Below are positions 1 through 7,933 of a stretch of DNA of 64,000 nucleotides, one piece after another. The notes below the pieces were generated by a model that saw only the letters and a list, made by a program, of their open reading frames with translations, was not told the origin of the DNA and did not search any database. The DNA comes from Gemmatimonadota bacterium. GTDB taxonomy: Bacteria > Gemmatimonadota > Gemmatimonadetes > Gemmatimonadales > GWC2-71-9. The translations under genes and the position numbers were made by a program. The stretch is from contig JAZDCZ010000398.1 in NCBI GenBank assembly GCA_036679605.1, positions 88,141-152,140 on the forward strand, in the 5' to 3' direction. Position 1 is the first letter of the stretch; every line of letters begins with the position of its first letter.

Positions 1-1574
1 CCGGTGGAGACGTGGTGACCCGCCAGTACACGACGCCGCATTCGACAGCCAAGATCGAGAGCAACCAGGCGGGGCTGGACGTATTGGTGAGAAGGCTTGA
101 GCACGACACGGTAGGTAGGATAAAGACCCAGTACACCGATCCCATCCCCGTAGAGTTCGGCACGGTGTTTGGCTACGATGGCTTGAACCGTGTGGTCAGG
201 GACACGATGGGTATGATAGAGTCCGATCTCTGCACGTTTGATCCCGACAACGGCTACGACTGTCCACCGCCCACGACTGATTCGGTGCGGAGCTTCATCT
301 ACGACGCCGTGGGGAACATGACGCGGGATTCGTTGTACCGCGTGTGGAACGGAGGTACGGACGTGGCCACGGGCGCGTATGGCACCGGCAACAGGATCAC
401 CTCGTTCGACGGGTGCAGCTACCAGACCGACGCGGATGGGAACGTGACCCAGCGGTCGGGCTGTGGTAGCACCGCCAACTTCTATTGGTCGTCGGAGAAC
501 GTATTGGACTCGATGACTGTGGGTGGTCAGAAGATAAAGAATTATTACGATGCATTCGGTAGACTTGTAAAGCGGGACGTGTATGGGACGGTGAGCTATT
601 ACTGGTGGGACGGAGACAATCTCTTTGCCGAGCTGGATGCTACGGGGCAGAAGAAGGCCGAGTACTCCTACTATCCGGGTCTCGACAACCTGCATGCTCT
701 GGTCGACCAGGACGACAGCGTGTACTTTGCCCACAGCGACGGAATGGGGAATGTTGTCGGTCTGGTGAGCGACAGCAAGGTACTCAAGCGGCGTTACGAC
801 TACGATCTCAAGGGTAGTCTGGTTGGGACCGGTGACATCAAACCGTTCAGTGACAGAGATCGTGCGCGTTTCAAGGGTGCCTTGTGGATGGGCCCGGAGG
901 TGGACCTCTACTACATGAGGAATAGGTGGTACGAGACAAGCACTGGGCGTTTCTTGAGTGAGGATCCCATTGGACTGGGTGGTGGTATCAACGTCTACGC
1001 GTTTGCGGGAAACAATCCGGTGTCGGGGCGGGATCCGTTGGGGCTCTGTCCCCCTTATCCCTGCGATCTGCCGGGTGTCACTGTGACCGGCGTCCGCGAA
1101 GATCCCTTTGCTGACTTCGACAAGATGGTCGGCAGTGACCGTGACACGTTCGATGGCTCTGGCCCAGGTGGGTTCGGTTGGGGTGGTGGTGGCGGAGGCG
1201 GAGGTGTTGTCAGTGGGCTGCAGCAATCGCGGAGCTGTAGCTTCAACCAGAACTTTCTGCGCCAGATAAATGAGCAATTTGACTTGGCCGCAAATGACGG
1301 TCGGGAACGCGCTGGTTTTTACGGTGCACCGTGGACGTCACCAGTCCGCCTCACGGCTATCGGTGGACCCGATTTCGTTCGTATTCCATTGCGTCCTGGC
1401 GCCGCGGGGTATTGGCACACTCACCAGAACCCGCCGCAGACGCATCTTCAGGGTCCCAGCCAGGACGACTTGGACTTTGCGGTCAATCGCGCTAACTCAA
1501 CCTTATTCGCAGTTGCCCGCGACTCGCTTTATGTGATTAGTCAGAATGGCTCTGTAACGGCATGCGGTCGGTAG
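1..1574 (+). CDS. Rhs repeat-associated core protein (5'-partial) with JAB/JAMM-like C-terminal domain
   Basis: YD repeats, YYMRNRWY...GRFLSEDPIG, DPLGL cleavage motif at 1032-1046; C-terminus has E...HTH...SxxD; frame is open at the window edge. Confidence 0.9.
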   Translation, partial: GGDVVTRQYTTPHSTAKIESNQAGLDVLVRRLEHDTVGRIKTQYTDPIPVEFGTVFGYDGLNRVVRDTMGMIESDLCTFDPDNGYDCPPPTTDSVRSFIYDAVGNMTRDSLYRVWNGGTDVATGAYGTGNRITSFDGCSYQTDADGNVTQRSGCGSTANFYWSSENVLDSMTVGGQKIKNYYDAFGRLVKRDVYGTVSYYWWDGDNLFAELDATGQKKAEYSYYPGLDNLHALVDQDDSVYFAHSDGMGNVVGLVSDSKVLKRRYDYDLKGSLVGTGDIKPFSDRDRARFKGALWMGPEVDLYYMRNRWYETSTGRFLSEDPIGLGGGINVYAFAGNNPVSGRDPLGLCPPYPCDLPGVTVTGVREDPFADFDKMVGSDRDTFDGSGPGGFGWGGGGGGGGVVSGLQQSRSCSFNQNFLRQINEQFDLAANDGRERAGFYGAPWTSPVRLTAIGGPDFVRIPLRPGAAGYWHTHQNPPQTHLQGPSQDDLDFAVNRANSTLFAVARDSLYVISQNGSVTACGR

Positions 1575-1649
1575 AGCGGGGTGATCCGATCATGCCTGGT
1601 TGCGATATCGAGTTGCCCTTGTCATTTGCATTAGAAGGGATACACAAAA

Positions 1650-2261
1650 ATGAGTCGATGGATCGGTAGCGTCATTGCGACCGTCGTTCTTGCGGCGACT
1701 GCGGTCAGTGGTATTGCGTGTGGGCCGCCCGACGGAAGCGACTCACAGTCGGACCGCGCGGCTGACGCTCAGCAATGCCTGGTGGATGAACTGGGGCTAT
1801 CCACAGTTGCCCGAGCGGCAGACCTAGTCGATGTGTTCGATCTCGAACTCCACGTGACCACTGGTCGGGAGCAGGATTCAGTGATCCGAGGTCGCATTAC
1901 CCTAGTGACGTGGCCAGACAGCACTAAAGGTGAAGAGCGTGGAGCATCACCATTCGTGCTCTATGGCTGGACCACTATCTCTAGCGAGCGAATTGGGGAT
2001 GTAGTGATGACCACCCCTCTATCATCAACAGATCCGACACAACCGGGCGTCATCGGCTTGGCGGACCGTAGGGACAGTGCGATTGTGCTTACCCTTGGCT
2101 CAGCTGCAGAAGGCGGAAACTTTTCACTTCACACGGGTCTACGCTTCCAGGTGCTACGTAGCGGACCGGACGGGTTCCGCGGAACGTGGGAGGTTGCAAG
2201 CCTTCGGCGTAGGCGACCAGCAGGCATCTTCTGCGCTCGGCGCGTGCAGGAGGGCAACTAA
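1650..2261 (+). CDS. Putative immunity lipoprotein for Rhs module 1
   Basis: Hydrophobic signal ending GIAC (lipobox-like), purine-rich RBS, directly downstream of the Rhs C-terminus. Confidence 0.65.
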   Translation: MSRWIGSVIATVVLAATAVSGIACGPPDGSDSQSDRAADAQQCLVDELGLSTVARAADLVDVFDLELHVTTGREQDSVIRGRITLVTWPDSTKGEERGASPFVLYGWTTISSERIGDVVMTTPLSSTDPTQPGVIGLADRRDSAIVLTLGSAAEGGNFSLHTGLRFQVLRSGPDGFRGTWEVASLRRRRPAGIFCARRVQEGN

Positions 2262-2568
2262 ACGACGAAGTTACCGGGAGAGCTATATTCGTTCGTGAGG
2301 TAGTTGAAGCACGTGAGGTGGTAGCTTTCGCACGCAGACGCTTCACCTGCGATTCGCGACCGATACAACTTCGTTGGCGATATCGCTACGGGCAGTGCAA
2401 TCACGAGCACAATCAATCCCTACCGCCACAGCTACATGCCGGTGCTGTCGAACAAGAAGCTGACGCAGATCAAGGATCCGGTCCGACCGTTAGAAGTATT
2501 CCAAGCACGGCGAACTAAAGCGCTGGAAGAACCGCAGGCTCGAGAGCACAGATTACGCGTATGACGTC

Positions 2569-4413
2569 ATGCACCGGCAGACGTCCAAGTCGGGCTCCAA
2601 CACGGACAACACGACGTTTGCGTATTCGGACGACGGTCGGCGGGTGAAGGCAACGAGCCTCATGGCGACTGATTCTATATATCTGTGGACCAATGTATCG
2701 CATGAGACGTTCCTGGGCAGGAAGTACAAGTACACCACCAGCCGCGGCACGCTGGACGAGATCAGGGTAGGTGGCAAGAGTACCTCACACACGTTCAACT
2801 CAAACCTGCAGCCCACGTCTACGACCTTTGCCGGTGGAGACGTGGTGACCCGCCAGTACACGACGCCGCATTCGACAGCCAAGATCGAGAGCAACCAGGC
2901 GGGGCTGGACGTATTGGTGAGGCGGCTTGAGTACGACACGGTAGGCAGGATAAAGACCCAGTACACCGATCCCATCCCCGTAGAGTTCGGTACGGTGTTT
3001 GGTTATGATGGGCTTAACCGTGTGGTAAGGGACACGATGGGAATGATCGAGTCCGATCTCTGCACGTTCGATCCAGATGACGGGTATGACTGTCCTCCTC
3101 CTACTACGGACTCGGTGCGGAGCTTCATCTACGACGCCGTGGGTAACATGACGAGGGATTCCTTGCGAAGGGTCTTTAACGGCGGCACCGACGTGGCCAC
3201 GGGCGCGTATGGTACGGCCAACAGGATCACGTCGTTCGACGGCTGCAACTACCTGACCGATGCCGATGGCAACGTGACTCAGAGATCGGGCTGTGGCAGT
3301 ACTGTCACGTTCTACTGGTCATCCGAGAACCGTTTGGACTCGATGCTGGTCGGTGCTCAAAAGATCAGGAGCTACTACGACGCGTTCGGTAGGCTTGTGA
3401 AGCGTGACGTGTACGGGACCATCAGTTACTACTGGTGGGATGGGGACAATCTCTTTGCCGAGCTCGACGGTGCTGGCCGGAAGAAGGCCGAGTACTCTTA
3501 TTATCCGGGTCTCGACAACTTGCATGCTCTGGTCGACCAGGACGACAGCGTGTTCTTTGCCCATAGCGACGGGTTTGGCAACGTGATCGGCTTGGTGAGT
3601 GAGACGAAGGTCTTGAGGCGAAAGTACGAGTACGATCTCAAGGGCAACCTGGTGGGGGGCTGGGACACCAAGCCGTTCAGTGACAGAGACCGAGCGCGTT
3701 TCAAGGGAGCGCTCTGGATGGGCCCGGAGGTGGATATGTACTATATGAGGAATCGGTGGTACGAAACACACAGCGGACGGTTCCTGAGTGAAGATCCGAT
3801 TGGATTGGACGGTGGGATCAATCAATACGTTTACTCAAAGAACAATCCGGTGTCGTTGAAAGATCCGGCCGGCCTGAAGATATGTTTTGCCAAATTCGAC
3901 AGTGGAGACCGTGAACGGCTTGTGGATTCACTTGAACATGCTTTGGACGCGATTATCGAGATTGGAGATGATGGTTGTTTGAAGAAAATCATTTCGTTGG
4001 CTGATCCGGGTACCCGGAGAGGTCGCATTGCACGGCTCTTGGTTGCGGCTCTCAACGCTCAGATTGAATTTGGACGGAAAATCATAATCGAAGGGGCCTT
4101 AGGTGAGGGGTCGAATTTCAGCCGCCTCAGCTTGAATGTGCTCCTTTGGAAGATGAAGTTGAAAAAATGGAGGGTAAATATCGACCGGGGCCAGATAGGA
4201 CTCCGGTACGCAACTGACGACGCAATCAGGGGTTGCGGGCGGTACGGAGCGACGTGGAGCGCGGGCTCAATCTTCATTCATGAAACGGTGGGTCACGGAC
4301 GGGATATCCCATTCGGAGGAGGCATCCTGGGGCAGCGTGAGGCGATACTTACTGAGAATCTCTACCACTTTCTCGAAGGTGGGCCAAGCAGGAGCATACG
4401 TTGTGGTTTGTAG
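2569..4413 (+). CDS. Orphan Rhs core module with HExxH zinc metallopeptidase C-terminus (M91/Tox-MPTase-like)
   Basis: Core paralogous to 1-1046; DPAGL at 3862-3876; IHETVGH...EAILTEN motif; Rhs-like frame continues upstream to a stop at 2491-2493, so it is N-truncated. Confidence 0.85.
   Translation: MHRQTSKSGSNTDNTTFAYSDDGRRVKATSLMATDSIYLWTNVSHETFLGRKYKYTTSRGTLDEIRVGGKSTSHTFNSNLQPTSTTFAGGDVVTRQYTTPHSTAKIESNQAGLDVLVRRLEYDTVGRIKTQYTDPIPVEFGTVFGYDGLNRVVRDTMGMIESDLCTFDPDDGYDCPPPTTDSVRSFIYDAVGNMTRDSLRRVFNGGTDVATGAYGTANRITSFDGCNYLTDADGNVTQRSGCGSTVTFYWSSENRLDSMLVGAQKIRSYYDAFGRLVKRDVYGTISYYWWDGDNLFAELDGAGRKKAEYSYYPGLDNLHALVDQDDSVFFAHSDGFGNVIGLVSETKVLRRKYEYDLKGNLVGGWDTKPFSDRDRARFKGALWMGPEVDMYYMRNRWYETHSGRFLSEDPIGLDGGINQYVYSKNNPVSLKDPAGLKICFAKFDSGDRERLVDSLEHALDAIIEIGDDGCLKKIISLADPGTRRGRIARLLVAALNAQIEFGRKIIIEGALGEGSNFSRLSLNVLLWKMKLKKWRVNIDRGQIGLRYATDDAIRGCGRYGATWSAGSIFIHETVGHGRDIPFGGGILGQREAILTENLYHFLEGGPSRSIRCGL
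2831..3876 (+). repeat. Second copy of the Rhs core (direct repeat of 1-1046)
   Basis: 2831-2921 is identical to 1-91; collinear with mostly synonymous differences up to DPxGL. Confidence 0.95.
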
Positions 4414-4447
4414 GTCGACCATACCATCTAGTTCGCAGATCTTGGCG

Positions 4448-5257
4448 ATGCTGGCTTCAGTGTGTTGCGGCGTCGGCTGCCTTCAGCCGGATCGCGCGAA
4501 CCCGACCCTGCAGGAACTCGGACACGGAATTGTGGAGCGTGCAATCCAGGGAGATTTCGCGTCGGTGGGGTGGTATGCCACAAACGTTCGTGTGGTTCAG
4601 AATATTGCATGGCTGGCGCGTGAGGAACCCGACATACTCGCCCGATTGGTTGCTAAAGGGCGTATGGATGGTCGGTGGTCTGATTCTACATTGGCGGATT
4701 CTCTGCCGGCCGTATATACCGTGGCTGAAGGAGATGGCCTAGACACGGCTCTGACGTTCACCTTCGTTCGCAATAGAGGAGTGTGGAAGGTGTCCGAGCT
4801 GCTTCTGACTGATCATCTGCAGCAGCGAGCGGACTCGACGAGAGTTCAGGTACTGGAGAGGTTGGAGCGTATGTCGGCCCGTGCGGCGGGCGACGTTGGG
4901 AGCGTGCTCCTTTCGCTGGTTGTTGAGCAGCTAGATGCCGTGGTAGCTGGCGATTTTTTCACTGCTGCTGCGATCTCAGCACATCCCTGGGCGATATCGG
5001 ATGCGGCCATCCTTCGTAAGGAGGACCCGACACTCCTTGAAGCTGCCAGAGGACTAGACACGGTTCGAGTTGACTGGATCGTGGATCATGCGAGAGCGGA
5101 CTGGGTCGTGGATGAGAAGACAGGCGATTCGGTGGGAGTGGGGTTGTGGTTGAGATCGGCAGGCGTGGCGGGGCTGGGACGCGCCGTGGACTACGACTTC
5201 GTTCGCCAAGGTGACGTTTGGATGATTCTGCGCGGGCCAAATTTCCGTCAGCCGTGA
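4448..5257 (+). CDS. Putative immunity (lipo)protein for Rhs module 2, two similar domains
   Basis: Long ORF after the toxin; MLASVCCGVGC possible lipobox; internal repeat FTFVRNRGVWKV / YDFVRQGDVWMI; start uncertain. Confidence 0.55.
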   Translation: MLASVCCGVGCLQPDRANPTLQELGHGIVERAIQGDFASVGWYATNVRVVQNIAWLAREEPDILARLVAKGRMDGRWSDSTLADSLPAVYTVAEGDGLDTALTFTFVRNRGVWKVSELLLTDHLQQRADSTRVQVLERLERMSARAAGDVGSVLLSLVVEQLDAVVAGDFFTAAAISAHPWAISDAAILRKEDPTLLEAARGLDTVRVDWIVDHARADWVVDEKTGDSVGVGLWLRSAGVAGLGRAVDYDFVRQGDVWMILRGPNFRQP

Positions 5258-5821
5258 TCGTTACTTCTAGTAGTTGAGATCTGAGTCAAGCAGTTGTCCC
5301 CGTAGGTGGCCAGGCGTCGGCGGTTGCGTCAGGATGGGCTTTGTTGTAGCCGCTGACGGTTTCGTCGATCCCCATCGTCGCTTGCCGGCGCACGAGCGCT
5401 TCGATCCGTCATTCCTGATGGCCAGTGTGCCCTGACAGGAGTTCCTATTTGCTTGCACGCCGGCGCTACGCAAGGCGTGCGAGGAGGCCGTCTGTGGTGC
5501 GGACAAGGCGACGACAGGCCCTCCGATGACGCCGTGAGGGAGATCGGTCGAGAGTGTCCTCGCCAGGCTCGAGGAGAATCCTATGTTGGCGAGGCGGTCT
5601 TGAAAGGGCGAGGGATTTCGTGCGGCGCCAGTGCTGCCGTGCGGCAACACCTGGACGACCCGCGCGCCAAGCGCGAATGTCCGAAAACGCTAGAGCCGAC
5701 TCTGCCGCGCCTTGGAGCGCAATGACGCGATACAGTGGTCGACCACGGAATGCTGATCGGCGGCGGAGTGCCTAGTTGAACATCCTGCCCCATAGAACAT
5801 TGTCAAACTCGGCACGAACGG

Positions 5822-6190
5822 CAGTACACGACGCCGCATTCAACGGCCAAGGGCTCAGAAGATCAGGAACTCCTACGATGCATTTGGGCGGCTGGTTAAA
5901 CGGGATGTTTCTGATACTATCAGCTATTATTGGTGGGACGGCGGGAATCTCTTTGCCGAGCTGGACGCTACGGGGCAGAAGAAGGCCGAGTACTCTTATT
6001 ATCCTGGCTTGGACAACCTGCATGCTCTGGTCGACCAGGACGACAAGGTGTATTTTGCCCACAGGGCCGCGGATAATAACGCGGATGTACGCGGATGCGG
6101 TGAATGCTCTCGATCACCTAAGCGCGAGCTCCGGGTTTTCGATGCGCGAGAGCACCGATCCGCGTTCATCCGCGCAACAGATCCGCGGCT
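5822..6190 (+). pseudogene. Degraded Rhs core of module 3
   Basis: QYTTPHSTAK piece at 5822-5851 joined to QKIRNSYDAFGRL...VYFAH (5856-6062), then interrupted by a palindromic element. Confidence 0.85.
6066..6189. repeat. 124-bp palindromic miniature element
   Basis: gccgcggat..cgcggatgtacgcggat...ctctcg pairs with cgagag...atccgcgttcatccgcg..atccgcggc. Confidence 0.85.
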
Positions 6191-6193
6191 TGG

Positions 6194-6886
6194 ATGGGCC
6201 CGGAGGTGGATCTCTACTACATGAGGAATAGGTGGTACGAGGTGCACAGCGGGCGATTCTTGAGCGAGGACCCGATAGGACTGGGTGGTGGTATCAACGT
6301 CTACGCGTTTGCGGGTGGGAATCCGGTGTCGGGGAGAGATCCTAGTGGGCTCACTCCTTGCGATCCTCCGGTTATCGCGCACCAGCTCGACGCCAGTGGT
6401 AACTGTGAGCTCGTTATAATTGAGCTTGATCCTGTTATCCTTGATCCGGTGGTGGTGACCGGACTTAGGGGAGGGAGCGGAGGCTTTCCGTACACTGGCG
6501 TCCCGTTCGGGCGGAACCCAATCACGTCAAGCTTTGGCCCACGGGTACTAGACGGTGTAAGTGGTCACCACAATGGCATCGATATTCGAGGAGACAAGGG
6601 AACGCCCACAAGGGTAGTTTGCGAAGGAACGGTTACTTTCGCCGGTCCTGGAGCACCACGCGAGGGGATCAAGGTCACCATTTACCAAAATGGCTATTCT
6701 CAGTTCTACGTGCATTTGCATCGAGTTGCTGACGGAATCGAGGTTGGGTCCAGACTATCTCGTGGCCAAGTGATGGGCTATTCCGGTAAGACTGGTAACG
6801 CTACCGCCCCAAGCCTCCACTTTGGAGCGTACGGTCCAACTGGGTTCATAGACCCATTAGCCGGGGTACAATTTTGTGGTAACTAG
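6194..6886 (+). CDS. Rhs core tip plus M23-family peptidase C-terminal domain
   Basis: YYMRNRWY...DPSGL, then ITSSFG, HNGID (HxxxD), YVHL, GYSGKTG, PSLHF. Confidence 0.85.
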   Translation: MGPEVDLYYMRNRWYEVHSGRFLSEDPIGLGGGINVYAFAGGNPVSGRDPSGLTPCDPPVIAHQLDASGNCELVIIELDPVILDPVVVTGLRGGSGGFPYTGVPFGRNPITSSFGPRVLDGVSGHHNGIDIRGDKGTPTRVVCEGTVTFAGPGAPREGIKVTIYQNGYSQFYVHLHRVADGIEVGSRLSRGQVMGYSGKTGNATAPSLHFGAYGPTGFIDPLAGVQFCGN

Positions 6887-6955
6887 CATCGAGATTTGAG
6901 TTCGATCATGTGACCTCGGTTCCAATGTCGCGTTTTCTGTGTCGGTAAGTATGTA

Positions 6956-7681
6956 ATGGAGGTTATCGTCATGAGTGCACTGCTCAGACAAATCGACTCA
7001 CCCGGATCTCCGAGTATCGGGTTGCCGTCGTCGATAGCAAGCACGGCTGGAGTTGCGGTGTTGGTAGCCGTCATGGTGGGCTGCGCTAATGATGCCGCGG
7101 CTGGCCAAGCCACCCGAACCAAACCTTGGCGATCCCTCGGTCAGGTAACAATCCAGCTGGGTGACTGTAGTTCTATTCCCCCAACTGGTTCCTGTCAAAT
7201 CTTCTACGGACAGAGCATCGAGATAGTCAGAGGCGTGAAATCCGATACGATCGGCCCGATCTCAACAGTGCTAGGACCATGGGTACTCATGGATTCGACC
7301 TTGGTGCTCCCGTGGCTCGTGGAAGCGGATGGTTCATTGCAAGTCGAGCTGCGCGTCTACCATAGGGATTCGGGTGAGATCACAGCCGTAAGTATGCCGA
7401 ATGATTATGATCCTGCGTTTACGGGTGGACACTTGTTTCCGCCACGCGGACTCATGGCGTATCGAGTCGCGCTGCCTGAAGAAGATGGCAGTCGTATTGT
7501 TGTGCGTACGTGGGGTGATTGGCGACTAGTAACGGAGGGGCCGCTCGTTAAAGGCTGTACCGACACAGGCCTGGAGTACCATTGGTCTGTCAACGGACAG
7601 TATATTGTATGGTATCCGCCGCCATGTGAAGATGGTATTCCGGAACGGGACTCGGTCTACGTCAAGAGCCCTAAGAGGTAG
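6956..7681 (+). CDS. Putative immunity lipoprotein for Rhs module 3
   Basis: Hydrophobic stretch ending MVGC; follows the M23 domain; start uncertain. Confidence 0.6.
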   Translation: MEVIVMSALLRQIDSPGSPSIGLPSSIASTAGVAVLVAVMVGCANDAAAGQATRTKPWRSLGQVTIQLGDCSSIPPTGSCQIFYGQSIEIVRGVKSDTIGPISTVLGPWVLMDSTLVLPWLVEADGSLQVELRVYHRDSGEITAVSMPNDYDPAFTGGHLFPPRGLMAYRVALPEEDGSRIVVRTWGDWRLVTEGPLVKGCTDTGLEYHWSVNGQYIVWYPPPCEDGIPERDSVYVKSPKR

Positions 7682-7933
7682 GAGCGAGTTCACTTAGAAG
7701 TGCAGCTGCCAAGCCCCTTTGGATGTGCATATCAGTCTTGTCTTGCACATCAATCCGTCGCGGGATGGTCGATGCCGTTAGTTCTTCCCTCGGCGTCAAC
7801 AACGTCCTTAAATGGTCGGAAGAACTGACCTAGGCTAACGTCCAGGGCTGTCAAGATCGCCCACAGTGGGCGTTGGAGCATGGCTCCAGATCTTGACGCA
7901 TCATGTAGTCATGCCCTGATCTGGAGTGGCCGC

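Noticed and set aside
5267..5820. Short ORFs and a ParE-like fragment (VESVLARLEENPMLARR) between Rhs modules 2 and 3
   Set aside because: Too short and unsupported to call; probably decayed DNA.
7682..7760. Possible integron attC after the third immunity gene (tgcagctgccaagc, gatgtgca/tgcacatc)
   Set aside because: No convincing RYYYAAC/GTTRRRY pair, and no similar site after the other modules.
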